The position numbers and the translations under genes are program-made. From Candidatus Heimdallarchaeota archaeon (lineage in GTDB: Archaea; Asgardarchaeota; Wukongarchaeia; Wukongarchaeales; JBHIFL01): a stretch of 44,397 nt of DNA. The stretch spans positions 1 to 44,397 of the forward strand of contig JBHIFL010000036.1 in assembly GCA_046761065.1 (NCBI GenBank), given 5' to 3'. A model generated the notes under the pieces. It did no database searches. It worked only from the letters and a program-made list of their open reading frames with translations, and was not told the DNA's origin. The number at the start of each line of letters is the position of its first letter. Within the stretch, counting starts at the first letter, position 1. Below are positions 1-10,851 of the stretch, in pieces.

Positions 1-138
1 CGGGACAAGAAGATCCTCCAGCGGCTCTCCGAGTGGTGATCTTTCGAGCACCCTAAATATAAGGTAAATCCCAAAAAGAACCAATCAAGTATATTAAACC
101 AACATCCCTATTATGGGGATTAACGAAGAAGGAACAAG

Positions 139-1740
139 TTATCTTCTTTTTTTTATAAATTGGAGGAGGTTTTTCTTCCGCCGCTCAGGAATGGGAATAC
201 CAATATTATAGCCTAAAAAGTCCACATACATTTGAAGTCTGCTCTGATACTCGTACTTCCTCGATAAAAGACGCGTAATCCCATTTTTCGCTGCCAAAAC
301 ATCTAGGGCTTTGTGAGTTCCAGCGCCAAACTGAGTGGCAAGTTTCGGACGCTTATAGATTTGAGCGGGGAGGCCTAGATCCTTTGCTACAAGCCGCAAG
401 ATATGTTTCCGGATGTAATTTGAATTCTCTTTGAAGATTTTATACTCTGTTGGAAGCTGCAATAGAAATTGCAACACAATACGATCCAAATATGGAAACC
501 CGAATTCAACACGAGTTGCTGTTGAGATCGCATACTCTCTTTGTAATCCTATTGAAAGACCAAAGACGTCGTTTTGCAAAGATGAATGTAATTCGATGTA
601 TCCTTCTGTTTCCAAAATACTTATATATCTCCTGTAGCCTCCTAAACTTTCATCTGCACCCTGACCACAAAGAACTATGACCTTTCCTTCGCGTTTCGCA
701 AGTTGTGTGGCAAAAAAGAGGGGGATAGCGATTGCCAGGTTCATGGGATGCGGTTCTTCTAAAGCCATAAGAATTTGTGGGAGAGCAGATTCTACCGTAT
801 CCAGGTCTAACTGAACGATATGGAGTGGGAGGTCGAGGATCGCTGCAGCGTGCCTGGCGTGAACCAAGTCCTTAGAATTCGAAACCCCTGCACAGTAGAG
901 CACAATATCTGCTTCAAGATCTTTCCCAATTTTTGCGAGGATTGAGCTATCCAATCCCCCTGAAAAAAGAATTCCGAGCTCTCCAATCCCAATTAGTTTC
1001 TTTATTGCGGTGTACAGGAGTTCTCGAAGGTTTTTCCGCGCGTCATCTAGGGGAATCGTGGAGGGTGGTGTTCTTTTTAATTCTAAACCGCTGCTATGTT
1101 GTTGCATACTTTTCGGGTCAAGAATAACGATTTGGCGTGGATTCACCAATATTGGATGTTGTATTCTTAAGGACCACAAGGCTTTTCGTTCAGATGCAAA
1201 CGCGAATGCATCCTCTGTTTTTCCTAAATAAAGAGCTTTCACACCTACGGGGTCTCTTGCAATTAGAATTTTTCCTCGAGTCAAAATAGCAATGGCGTAG
1301 ATCCCATCCAGCTTTGCAAGGGTTTGTTTCATGGCTTGGATCAGGGTTGCTTGCTTAATGTGTGCTTCAAATAAATTGAGGATTGCTTTAACAGCCATCC
1401 CTCCATTCATATGGCTGCATGGAACTTGATTAGTTATTTCGTGCTGATTATAGATCTGACCATTAAATACTATAGCCGATCCCTTGTCTCCTATCACAGG
1501 TTGTTCTTGTTGTAGCGATTCATGACAATCTTTAAGCCACATCCCCCCGATTCCTATCTTTCCTTCAAGATTAGAAAGGTTAAGATCTTCAATTCTATTT
1601 GCATATGAACAAGCTTTCTCAACACAAATACCGACATGCTGCTCCCTCCCTTGGGCGAGAACCTGCATCATCTTGATAAGCAGATTACCCGTCGCCTTCT
1701 TATCTTCAGATAGGATCCCGGCTATTGAGAACATGCCCAT
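139..1740 (-). CDS. asnB: Asparagine synthetase B-like protein (Ntn GATase-II fold plus PP-loop synthetase domain); the N-terminal catalytic Cys appears absent
   Basis: Motifs FNGQIYN, ARDPVGVKALY, FASERKAL, LFSGGLDSS (PP-loop), GQGADE, PYLD and RPK. The N-terminus reads MFSIAGI rather than MCGIAG. Confidence 0.85.
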   Translation of the reverse strand: MGMFSIAGILSEDKKATGNLLIKMMQVLAQGREQHVGICVEKACSYANRIEDLNLSNLEGKIGIGGMWLKDCHESLQQEQPVIGDKGSAIVFNGQIYNQHEITNQVPCSHMNGGMAVKAILNLFEAHIKQATLIQAMKQTLAKLDGIYAIAILTRGKILIARDPVGVKALYLGKTEDAFAFASERKALWSLRIQHPILVNPRQIVILDPKSMQQHSSGLELKRTPPSTIPLDDARKNLRELLYTAIKKLIGIGELGILFSGGLDSSILAKIGKDLEADIVLYCAGVSNSKDLVHARHAAAILDLPLHIVQLDLDTVESALPQILMALEEPHPMNLAIAIPLFFATQLAKREGKVIVLCGQGADESLGGYRRYISILETEGYIELHSSLQNDVFGLSIGLQREYAISTATRVEFGFPYLDRIVLQFLLQLPTEYKIFKENSNYIRKHILRLVAKDLGLPAQIYKRPKLATQFGAGTHKALDVLAAKNGITRLLSRKYEYQSRLQMYVDFLGYNIGIPIPERRKKNLLQFIKKRR

Positions 1741-2151
1741 TTCCCTTACTATTTCACATATTCGTCTGTTTGATGAAATATCTTGTTAAAAATAAAAGAT
1801 TCCCCAAATTACTATTATACGTTGTATGCTCCTAGGACCGATTCCCCAAGGTTAGATAGGTGACATACGATCCAGTCCTTTTTGTACTTCATAGGATGAT
1901 GTTAGTTCGTTCAAGATGGAAAGATGATAGGAATGTTTTAAATCAGCTTCTCCCGCTATACTTTTAATCATGAAAATACACATCAATTGTTAGCGTGAGA
2001 TGTGAAGTATTTAGAGGTGTTGTGTACCTGTAAAGGCTCTAAAAATCCGACTTAGGTGTCCGTACTACTTTAAATTTGGATGATTTGACAGGATTTTCGT
2101 CTTACCACCTTCTAATTTGATCTCATATTGAAATGATTTGCTTGTTGTTCT

Positions 2152-2844
2152 TCACTGTTCACCTTCTTGTTCCAAGCGTTTGAGTAGCTCCAAAGGAACT
2201 TCATAAACAACTTCTCTTGCCATTTTATCCGCTAAACCGGCACCTTTAGCAACTTTTAACGCTTTATCGGCATCAATTAATTCAATGGAATGGCAATCTG
2301 TATTAACAAGTAGTTTCGCTTCCACATCACGTGCTAAGCGAGCTATGTGACCATTTGTCAGGCAATGGCCTTGACGATAGGTCAATTCAAGGAACTTTTC
2401 CTGATCCCTCGCAAGTTCAGCTTGGTTTTTTGTGATGAGCCCAGGATGCGCCAGAATATCCACGTCCTCAGCTTTGAGCACTGCATCATTAGTCCCAGGA
2501 ATCCCGGGTTCTACGAGCGTTTCGCCATGAACTAATACAAGCTGGGCTCCTAATTTCTTTGCGTGAGTTGCTAACTCGGCAATCTTTACTGGGCGTACAT
2601 AGGATATCTCTACTCCGACAATGATTGAGATCTCCTCTAGCCAAGGATCAACCGCCTTCTTCAGCGAATGGATCACCTGTTCCAGATTTGAGTGATCAAC
2701 ATGATCTGTAATTGCAATAGCAGGTAGTCCTATTACGACTGCTCTTCTTGCAAGCTCACTTGGGAGCAACTCTCCATCAGAAAAAATACTATGGATATGA
2801 AAATCACACCACACTTGTTCCACGCCTCTATTTAACCAAAACAT
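2152..2844 (-). CDS. PHP-domain phosphoesterase (archaeal histidinol-phosphatase-like family)
   Basis: DFHIHSIFSDG, AITDH, GVE, HGET, ILAHPG and NTDCH metal-binding motifs. The true start may be GTG at 2823 or 2814. Confidence 0.85.
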   Translation of the reverse strand: MFWLNRGVEQVWCDFHIHSIFSDGELLPSELARRAVVIGLPAIAITDHVDHSNLEQVIHSLKKAVDPWLEEISIIVGVEISYVRPVKIAELATHAKKLGAQLVLVHGETLVEPGIPGTNDAVLKAEDVDILAHPGLITKNQAELARDQEKFLELTYRQGHCLTNGHIARLARDVEAKLLVNTDCHSIELIDADKALKVAKGAGLADKMAREVVYEVPLELLKRLEQEGEQ

Positions 2845-3183
2845 ACTTGATTACCCACGAACCGAACAGATACTATGCTTTTAGTTTTTTTTCACCTATA
2901 TGAAAATCTGAAAATGCTATAAAACCATTATTAAGATGGTTGCTTTATTGACATTTCCCCGAGCAGGCTTATGACTCAGGATCTCAACTTGAGGGGTGGA
3001 ACGCTTGTACGACATGATTGATAATGCGAAAATTTACATGAGTATGCCACTTCTAAATGGCTTCATGAATTACTTTTAAAAAGAAAAAAACAAAGGGGAG
3101 GGATTTGTGCCTGTATCCCACATTTAATGGTGAGTTGACGATTTCTGACGATTCTTCAAGCCGAATTGTTGTGCTGATATGCT

Positions 3184-3747
3184 CTAGATTGGCATCTCTG
3201 GCAGGATTGCATAAAGGAATAGCAATGTCAGGCCTGATCCAAGGAAAACGACGAAGACCCACCCAAGTTCGATGAGAAACGCTGAGATTGATGCAAAGAA
3301 AATGACGGCAAGGATAACAGAAACGATGTACCCCGTTGGGTCACGACGAAGCTGCAATGGTGACATATGTTGGTAAGTTTCTACAGAAAAGATTTCAAGA
3401 CTTGCAATGAGAAGGCCAATAGTAGGGCGATTAAAAGCAGTTTCACCCAGATGTAGGAGAATAAAGCCAATCACAGGTAAAAGAAGTGCAAAGAATAGGC
3501 CATTGGTTGTGGCGTAAGTGAGGGGGTTCCGTTCTTTAACGATGATAGGAAATGGGAGTGTTAAGGCAAATAAGAAGATGAGGAAAAGGACTTCATTCCT
3601 GTAATCCACTGTAATATTGGGACTGTAAAGACTAATCGCAAAGGCGACTAGAAGTAAGAAGAGGAGATATATCATTATCTGTGCGGGAAAGCGTAGGCGA
3701 TACGCTTCTTCCAAACGATCAGTTACTTCGATTTCTTCATCAGCCAT
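3184..3747 (-). CDS. Hypothetical multi-pass membrane protein
   Basis: About 6 hydrophobic segments. ATG at 3747 is preceded by a GAGGTGG SD-like motif, and the gene follows 3762-4685 directly. Confidence 0.7.
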   Translation of the reverse strand: MADEEIEVTDRLEEAYRLRFPAQIMIYLLFLLLVAFAISLYSPNITVDYRNEVLFLIFLFALTLPFPIIVKERNPLTYATTNGLFFALLLPVIGFILLHLGETAFNRPTIGLLIASLEIFSVETYQHMSPLQLRRDPTGYIVSVILAVIFFASISAFLIELGWVFVVFLGSGLTLLFLYAILPEMPI

Positions 3748-3761
3748 GAAACCACCTCGAC

Positions 3762-4685
3762 TCATCTGACTGTCTGAGCGATATTTTGAGCGCGCCACAT
3801 CATCAGGGTACGCGCGTGGCGCTTGCGCCAGCTCAAGGCTTGGAGTTGGATGCTACGGATGACGTAGAAGAGCTCACGGGGAAACGGCATATTGCGAAAC
3901 ATGATAAATTGCTTTTTCCCCGTAAAGATTCGGATATTGCCCCGGGGGATCTTGGCAAAGAAATTCCAGATCTTCTGTACGCGAGTGATATCCAAATCCG
4001 CTTCGCGGATGCTGCCTCGGGAGACCCGTCCACTCATTTCGTCTGCAAAGGAGGTGTCGTAGGTGACACCGCTCCGAGCACCGACTACCAAAGCGTAACG
4101 CTCACGCGCCCAAGCTTTTACTAGATTGTCTATTGCATCCACAAGGATTATGCTCATCACTAGGAGGAAAAGGAGGAAAATCTGCCAGTTGATTTCCGGT
4201 GGGAGGCGGGCCTCAAGTGAACTCCGCAGAGGGCCAATATTGAATATCGTCAGGGCACTGATAATTAAAGCAATGATGAAGATGCCATAAACTGTGAAGA
4301 ACTCCATGTGCGTCAAGAAGGGATGCTGATAGCCACCGTAGAGGAGATCATCATTTTTCGTAATCCTTGAAGCGCGATCAATGTCGTGTTCGGTCAAGAA
4401 TAGGAGAGGGTCAAGCAAGACATAGTAACCCCCCTTCTTCGAGAGCAAGATACCGCGATCTACCAGCGCATCGAGAGCATTTTCAAGTTCTTCCTCGGAC
4501 ATATTAAGTTCGGGCGATTTCTTGAGCAATTCGTTTACTCGGAAATGGCGTTCATCCAGATAGTGTGTTGTTATTGCGGTAACAACGCCTGCAAGTTGTT
4601 TTCTGATAGGATCAAAAGAGTAACGAAGACCGAATCCAAAAGCAAAGCCTATGACAGCAAGTGCAAGTAATAATGGAAATGACAT
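3762..4685 (-). CDS. Hypothetical membrane protein with a winged-helix-like segment and a C-terminal soluble domain
   Basis: N-terminal TM, then MSEEELENALDALVDRGILLSKKGGYYVL (wHTH recognition helix plus wing), then two further TMs. Confidence 0.65.
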   Translation of the reverse strand: MSFPLLLALAVIGFAFGFGLRYSFDPIRKQLAGVVTAITTHYLDERHFRVNELLKKSPELNMSEEELENALDALVDRGILLSKKGGYYVLLDPLLFLTEHDIDRASRITKNDDLLYGGYQHPFLTHMEFFTVYGIFIIALIISALTIFNIGPLRSSLEARLPPEINWQIFLLFLLVMSIILVDAIDNLVKAWARERYALVVGARSGVTYDTSFADEMSGRVSRGSIREADLDITRVQKIWNFFAKIPRGNIRIFTGKKQFIMFRNMPFPRELFYVIRSIQLQALSWRKRHARTLMMWRAQNIAQTVR

Positions 4686-4964
4686 TTTGAATACCCAATT
4701 TTGTTTTTCTTATTGAAAACCTGCGTTTTAATTTGTATCGCAGGATATAAACATTATTGTTTTTTCGGTTATAATAAGGTCCAACACTTGTTGATCAGAA
4801 AACCAGATAAGCATTATTGAGATCCCTTTAATTTCAAGTATTATATTTCTTTCTTATGAATAATAAGGAAAAGTATTGTATTGAGTTGAAAAGAGATTAA
4901 CATGCCTTATATATTGTCCAGATATGGTGTATTTACTTACGAGAAAATGGAATCGAAGCGATTA

Positions 4965-5405
4965 TTAGCTAGTTACTTCGGACGAGAGAGAGAAAGCGCG
5001 GGGAAGAAGCTCACTAAGCTTCTTTATATGGCAAGAATCATAGGATCCATGTTTATCCCCAATGATTACTAGTAAATCTTTGTTTTTTCCTTTAACAAAT
5101 TGCCAAAGGACTTGGCGACAGGCGCCACAGGGAGGAAATAGAATATCTTGATTACTGACTACTGCAACGGCCTTGAACTCTTGTTCACCTCTTGAAACGG
5201 CATTGAACACTGCGACACGTTCAGCACAAATGCCTAAATTCGCGACATCATTCTCGATATTACAGCCAGTATAAATCGTGCCATTTCTCCCAAGTAGGAC
5301 CGCCCCTACTTGTATGCCAGTTAAAGTGTAGGCTTTATTCCTAACTTCAAGTGCTTTTTGAAGTAAGCGCTTAATTTCTGCATCTGAGAGTTCTTTTGAC
5401 TCCAT
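4965..5405 (-). CDS. cdd: Cytidine deaminase
   Basis: VGAVLL, GCNIEN, CAERVA and PCGACRQ zinc-binding motifs of the homotetrameric Cdd family. Confidence 0.93.
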   Translation of the reverse strand: MESKELSDAEIKRLLQKALEVRNKAYTLTGIQVGAVLLGRNGTIYTGCNIENDVANLGICAERVAVFNAVSRGEQEFKAVAVVSNQDILFPPCGACRQVLWQFVKGKNKDLLVIIGDKHGSYDSCHIKKLSELLPRAFSLSSEVTS

Positions 5406-5439
5406 GGCTTATCGCCTCATTTTTAACTACAGAATCAAG

Positions 5440-5868
5440 TTAAAAAATCTGAATTTGAACTGGAAAAAGCGAATCTTTTTTCATGATGAATCCAACATAT
5501 GGAAACTTTGGACCATGGGATATGGTCGAGAAAACCAACCATACCACTCCTTTCCAGCTATCCATATAGTGGAGGTCACTTCTAGACAGGCTTGGAGGTG
5601 CCTGATGAGAGTGATAAATAGCCACCATCTGCATTTCTTTTTCCTCATAGATAGAAAGTGCTTTGTACAGTTTTTCAGGATCTATAACAAAAGAAACTTC
5701 TGGATGTTCAGAAATGTTTTCAAATTTAAGCACCTCATGGGAAATATACCTGTTGGCCGATTCTTGGATTGTTCCGAAGAGTAACCCACAAGCTTCATTA
5801 GGAAAAACCTCTTCGATATGATCAATTATTTCTTTAAACACTGTCGTAGGTACCTCTAACTTCATCAA
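5440..5868 (-). CDS. JAB/MPN+ (Mov34) metalloprotease, desampylase-like
   Basis: PNEACGLLFG and the JAMM motif YHSH-x7-S-x2-D (YHSHQAPPSLSRSD). Confidence 0.88.
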   Translation of the reverse strand: MMKLEVPTTVFKEIIDHIEEVFPNEACGLLFGTIQESANRYISHEVLKFENISEHPEVSFVIDPEKLYKALSIYEEKEMQMVAIYHSHQAPPSLSRSDLHYMDSWKGVVWLVFSTISHGPKFPYVGFIMKKDSLFPVQIQIF

Positions 5869-5982
5869 TTCGCCTTCGTTTACTTCTGAAGATCAATATT
5901 TCATTATGAGATTGAATTCAAAGGGTATAATTATTATTGTAGGATATAATTGAAATGAATTTATCATGGGAGGCGTTTCTTA

Positions 5983-6831
5983 GTGACTGCCGAGGAGGCC
6001 GGTGTAAACCTCAAAGTACAGCTAATGAAACTAAATAGCGAACTAAGGATAGTGAATAATGAGAATTTGAACTTGAAGAAACGGTTGAGTGCTATTTGGG
6101 AAGAAAAACAAGCCCTGGAACAAGCATTACAAGAAAAAGATGCGGAGATAAAACAAATAAAGGACTTAAATGAGCCCGGAGGATTAACTAAAACGACGAA
6201 CGTTCCTTCCCAGAGCCAAGAATTAATTAGCCTAAAACAAATCCTCAAAGAACAAACGCATTTCTTAGAAAGGCTCTCCAGTGCATTGACTGAACTGCTC
6301 ATATTAACTCATTCAACTCAATCAATCGCTGAACCTCTGACCCAAACTATCAGTGAAATAGAACGGTTACTATGGACAGAAGGATTTCCGGAACAGAAAG
6401 TACTAGTAGCACTGATCCGACACGGGGGACAGGTACCCCGCTCAGAATTACAAGCCAAGTGTGCTCTAAGTAGTACAAAATTCGAACGAACTCTTAATTC
6501 GTTACGAAGAGCCAGAATCCTGACTGAAACAGGAACAGATCTTGTGGAATTAACCGCAATAAAACCAATAACAGTTCCTAGCAGCCAATGGGGGCAATTA
6601 ACGATCCCGGAAATATTCCAGCAGGTACGGACGATAATAGAAACGACAAAGGATGCTGGATCAATCACCAAAGCATTGATTGGATTGCGTGATGTGCTCT
6701 TTTTAAAAGGAGTTTCTCCAAGGTTAGGTTATAACATTGAAGCTGAATCAAGGGAGTGGCGTTCTGGTAGTATAACAAAGCAGGAATTGTTAACCACCCT
6801 GTCAGAATGGGAAGCTCAAGTCCATAGCTGA
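5983..6831 (+). CDS. Hypothetical protein: N-terminal coiled coil plus winged-helix domain
   Basis: Heptad-rich N-terminal ~130 aa. LIRHGGQVPRSELQAKCALSSTKFERTLNSLRRARIL resembles a wHTH. Confidence 0.65.
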   Translation: MTAEEAGVNLKVQLMKLNSELRIVNNENLNLKKRLSAIWEEKQALEQALQEKDAEIKQIKDLNEPGGLTKTTNVPSQSQELISLKQILKEQTHFLERLSSALTELLILTHSTQSIAEPLTQTISEIERLLWTEGFPEQKVLVALIRHGGQVPRSELQAKCALSSTKFERTLNSLRRARILTETGTDLVELTAIKPITVPSSQWGQLTIPEIFQQVRTIIETTKDAGSITKALIGLRDVLFLKGVSPRLGYNIEAESREWRSGSITKQELLTTLSEWEAQVHS

Positions 6832-6893
6832 AAAAATCCGAAAAAACTATCTTACATAAAGCTATGCAATTCGATGTTACCCAAACCGAGGAA

Positions 6894-7229
6894 CTAAGAA
6901 TCTTTACTCTTATGAGTAAATCGAGATATTATTGAAAACCGGGGGCTATTAATTCGCTCGTTCCGACAGTTTGGGCATTTACTGGGTTTTTTAGGTTTTT
7001 TGACATCAAAAACGAAACCACATACTCGACAAATAGGGGGAATCATCCCTAACCGTTCTCGTCGGTTCTTCGCTTTGATTGATTTAGCTAAACTCGTAAG
7101 ATCCTCATAAATGACTTTCAGGTCTCTGATATTTAAGATTCTCGCGATCTCCTCCGGGGTGATCCCTTCTTGGGACTCTCGAAGAATTCGATAAATCCTT
7201 TCTCGGCGTGATAAAAACTCAGGCTCCAT
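6894..7229 (-). CDS. HTH plus Zn-ribbon transcriptional regulator (archaeal)
   Basis: N-terminal HTH (ITPEEIARILNI), and PPICRVCGFVF...KPSKCPNCRNERI Zn ribbon. Confidence 0.85.
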   Translation of the reverse strand: MEPEFLSRRERIYRILRESQEGITPEEIARILNIRDLKVIYEDLTSLAKSIKAKNRRERLGMIPPICRVCGFVFDVKKPKKPSKCPNCRNERINSPRFSIISRFTHKSKDS

Positions 7230-7560
7230 CTTTGATCACATAGGGAACCCAACGATTATCTAGATTAAATTTACTATTAAATAATCATTATGGAACGTTA
7301 CTCAGACACTTATTCATTAGGAAAGATTCTTATCGTTCTCTCTCACGCTGCAAATGTAAACTCTTTTAAATCAATCTACTCGTTAATCAATTAGAATTAA
7401 TTAAATCGACTTGAAAACTCTTCTCTCAAAGGGATTTAATCTTGCGGTAATACCCGTTGTACCCCATTAGATGCCCCACGATAGGATCCTTTCGAGAGAT
7501 CTGGGTATTGAATACGTCTTTAAACGAAATGGCCCCTTAACCTGATGGAGGAATATCTGC

Positions 7561-7932
7561 ATGAGCTCAACGCGCTTTCGGGACATAGAAGAGGTGCTTC
7601 ACCGGCTGGAAGGCCGTATTGCAGATATCGAAGGATTGGCGGTGGTAACGAAGGATGGTCTACCTGTGGCGGCAGCCCTACCTGAACGTATTGAGGAAGA
7701 TCGGGTAGGAGCCATGACTGCAGCCATGCTCTCCCTTGGAGAACGGGTAGTCGAAGAACTTGAAAGAGGAACAATTAAACAAGTACTGATTGAAGGGGAT
7801 AATGGCCTTGTTCTTATTATAGAGGCAGGTCCTCATGCTGTATTAGCGGGGGTTTGCAGGCCAGAAGCAAAGCTTGGGCTCGTTTTGTTAGACATGCGTC
7901 GCGCAGCAGCACGGTTGGCAGAAATAGTCTAG
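7561..7932 (+). CDS. Roadblock/LC7 (MglB-like) domain protein
   Basis: IEGLAVVTKDGLPVAA, RVGAMTAAMLSLGER, QVLIEGDNG and KLGLVLLDMRRAA are typical roadblock motifs. GGAGG SD upstream. Confidence 0.92.
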   Translation: MSSTRFRDIEEVLHRLEGRIADIEGLAVVTKDGLPVAAALPERIEEDRVGAMTAAMLSLGERVVEELERGTIKQVLIEGDNGLVLIIEAGPHAVLAGVCRPEAKLGLVLLDMRRAAARLAEIV

Positions 7933-7995
7933 TGATAAGAATCTAACATGCATTACTTGTATAGAACAAGTGATCTGCTCAAAGGAGCCTCAAGT

Positions 7996-8850
7996 TTAAA
8001 ATTGAAGTGCTCGATATTTTGCTCTGAGCGGCTCAATTTTTGCCCGATTTTTCATGTATCGCGAACCACTGGCAATAATCCAGCCATGTAAATGCTCACT
8101 AAATTCATCTCTTGCGAATCGACTTCGTTCAACAGAATCAAAGGTAATTGAGACGTTTCCCGGTGTAAATTTCCCATTTAGACCGCAAATTGCGCATGTT
8201 ATTCCTTTCTCACTAATTCGAATAAGATCACTATGACATGCGGGACAGAACCCTTGTTCCCCATCTACATGAAACTCCCTCTCATTCTCGTTTCTTCGGA
8301 GTGCTTCTACAATATTACTGCCAATTTGATTGGCGCGTATGACGAAAGCTTCATTGAGGAGCACTTCACCAGGTCCTGGACTATCTGCAAGCATAGCATC
8401 AACTAATTTGAGACCCCAACTAAGAACAAATAGGTTCAAGGTTGGTAAAGTCATAGGTGCCCAGTCCCGACGCCCCGCTACTGCAATTGAAGCTCCAACC
8501 TTGTTATCAAATAAGCCAGCTTCTAGACGAAGTGCCACTTGGAGAATTCGATCCAGAATCAATTTGATAATGGCTGTAGAGCTGTAAATATATGTGGGCG
8601 CGCCTACAATGATGCCATCCGCTTCTAAAATTTTTTCTACAAGAAATTCGAAGTCATCTTCAATTCGACATGCTTCTCCTTTGATAACGCATGCCATACA
8701 ACCTTTACACGATTTCAGAGATAGATCCGTTAAACGAATCAACTCAAGTTCAGAAGCTCCAGCTTGTTTTGCCCCCAAGAGGGCTTCTTTTACAAGACAT
8801 TCCGTATTTCCTGCCTTTCTCCATGAACCGATCAAACCTAATACTTTCAA
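7996..8850 (-). CDS. Flavodoxin-like iron-sulfur flavoprotein (NADPH-dependent FMN reductase family) with a C-terminal Zn ribbon
   Basis: GSWRKAGNT FMN-binding loop, CKGCMAC-x6-C cluster motif, ADGIIVGAPTY, C-terminal CPAC...CAIC. Confidence 0.85.
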   Translation of the reverse strand: MKVLGLIGSWRKAGNTECLVKEALLGAKQAGASELELIRLTDLSLKSCKGCMACVIKGEACRIEDDFEFLVEKILEADGIIVGAPTYIYSSTAIIKLILDRILQVALRLEAGLFDNKVGASIAVAGRRDWAPMTLPTLNLFVLSWGLKLVDAMLADSPGPGEVLLNEAFVIRANQIGSNIVEALRRNENEREFHVDGEQGFCPACHSDLIRISEKGITCAICGLNGKFTPGNVSITFDSVERSRFARDEFSEHLHGWIIASGSRYMKNRAKIEPLRAKYRALQF

Positions 8851-9063
8851 CTCAAGTCTCCAATCATTTACAAATTTGAAGATGCTTCATAAGTTCTACG
8901 TTTAGTGTTGAAGGTTATGATGATAAGGACTTACTAGGTCACCAATTCTCTGAACGGTAACCTATTAAGTTATGAGAAGGCATCGAGGTTCGTGTGATTA
9001 AATTTATAAATAACAAAGGATTATTAGCAAGAACACGTTCTTAAATAATCAAGAGGTAGTTCT

Positions 9064-9633
9064 TTGACATCTATTGAGATAAAACGCCGTAAAGCTAGAA
9101 AAAAGAGAAGAGAGGTACAACCACCCCATAAGAGACGTTATGGCAATTTGATTGTAGCGGTGCCCTTCATTGCGTTTATCGGAATTCTTATCGTAATCTA
9201 CGGACCGTTTGGTGGTGAAGGAACGGCTACTGACTTCACTTTAACTGATGTTCATGGACGTGGCACGTTTACTCTGAGTGCTCATCGGGGAGAGGTGGTT
9301 GTCATTGAATTTTTTTCAACAGATTGTTCTAGCTGCCATCGTTACCTCTTTACTCTTAAGCAAATCAGAACTTTGTATAGCAATGAGGAACTAACCATGA
9401 TCTCCATTTCAGTCCCAAGGTCTCATGATACTGAAAGCTCCTTGCGAGTTTATGCCATTGAAAATGGAATAACATGGTATATTGCTTTAGATACAAGTTT
9501 TGTAACTGATGAATATCAAGTTCGATTTACTCCAACAACGGTAATCGTCGATAAAAATGGAGATATTGCATTACAACAGTCTGGTATTCTCTCAAGTACT
9601 TTTTTACAATCAAAGATCGATTCGCTCCTATGA
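9064..9633 (+). CDS. Membrane-anchored TlpA/redoxin-family thioredoxin-fold protein
   Basis: Basic N-terminus plus TM helix, DFTLTD, FFSTDCSSC (CxxC), cis-Pro motif TPTTVIVDKNG. Confidence 0.85.
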   Translation: MTSIEIKRRKARKKRREVQPPHKRRYGNLIVAVPFIAFIGILIVIYGPFGGEGTATDFTLTDVHGRGTFTLSAHRGEVVVIEFFSTDCSSCHRYLFTLKQIRTLYSNEELTMISISVPRSHDTESSLRVYAIENGITWYIALDTSFVTDEYQVRFTPTTVIVDKNGDIALQQSGILSSTFLQSKIDSLL

Positions 9634-9922
9634 CTGCTGTATAAGTGAGAAAATTTATATTGAAGGAATATCCCAAGGATATATTCCGTTAAGATGATTC
9701 TCTTTTCTCGTTGATTTGATTTCTTGAAGGAAAACCACATATTTATGGATCTCCTTTTAGTTTCATACTTTAACAGTTCTAGTAGACTCCCTTATCATTT
9801 TTATCTACTGTTTTTAAATTAAGTGTAGATAAGTGTATTACAATCTTTAAAAGGCCTTGTGAGCTTGTGATTGTGATCATAATGCAATTGTAACCAGATA
9901 ATTCGATGGTAAGGTTTTATTA

Positions 9923-10162
9923 ATGATTAAAAGGCCTGAATTTTTTCAACATGTGCCTTGTATTAAGGCGCAATTGGAAGCCCCAATCGCAAAAATGCAA
10001 CTTGAGAATATCCCAAAGTTATTCGAATCTCTAGGCTATTCAGTCGAAGTTCAGACAAATATTGAAGAGGACAAAACAACCCATAAAATCTGCATCTATA
10101 GGGGAGGATCAGTTAACCCTACCTTCCGCCAAACAATTTATATCGAAGAGATTGGGCGATGA
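9923..10162 (+). CDS. Small hypothetical protein
   Basis: 79-aa ATG ORF with plausible globular composition and no recognisable motif. Confidence 0.45.
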   Translation: MIKRPEFFQHVPCIKAQLEAPIAKMQLENIPKLFESLGYSVEVQTNIEEDKTTHKICIYRGGSVNPTFRQTIYIEEIGR

Positions 10163-10332
10163 GTAGTTAAGAATTTGTAGAAACGCATTAAGCCGTTTCC
10201 ATCGAAGGAAGGGAGCACATTCGCCTGTTTAGGTGAAATGCAAAGGTTGGGAAACATGGTTATCAAACCATAAAGGGGGGGTTTCAAAGGGAATAAAATT
10301 ATTAATACAAACCTAATTGTAAAAGATAGGAA

Positions 10333-10851
10333 GTGCAACCAAAACTGAAGGTGTTATGCATGATGAAAACATGGACTGTTGTCCTTGAAGGCACAACCAA
10401 GGACATTGCAACTGAAAAGCTCACCTTTGAGATGATCGATCACAAAGAATTTTCCCACGCCCCTATTATTTTAAAAGAAGACTGGTTGGTTGCCGTCCTC
10501 AATATTGCAGCAAAAATAGAGGAATATCGCGTGAAAACAGTACTGACCACGGTGCTTGGACCACAACAAGAGAATTTTAAAGACCAGAAGGTTCTCTTTG
10601 TTTATGCACTTCTGAAAAAGAACGAAATTCCCCTCACATTTCTTCTCGGCGCCTTAAAAGAGGGAAGCCATATGGTTCTGGCTATCTGGCCACGTCAATT
10701 TGTTGAAATTGCCAAACAATACCCCGAGAAAGAGCTTGTGCTATCCAGTTTGATTCAGATCGCTAAAAATTCTGAGCTCTTTAAGTTCGTCAATATTTGT
10801 GGTTGGTTTTCGAAGGAAAACAAAACTTTTCCTTCACCTTATGCTTCCTAA
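10333..10851 (+). CDS. Hypothetical protein
   Basis: 172-aa ORF with host-like composition and no motif recognised. Confidence 0.6.
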   Translation: MQPKLKVLCMMKTWTVVLEGTTKDIATEKLTFEMIDHKEFSHAPIILKEDWLVAVLNIAAKIEEYRVKTVLTTVLGPQQENFKDQKVLFVYALLKKNEIPLTFLLGALKEGSHMVLAIWPRQFVEIAKQYPEKELVLSSLIQIAKNSELFKFVNICGWFSKENKTFPSPYAS

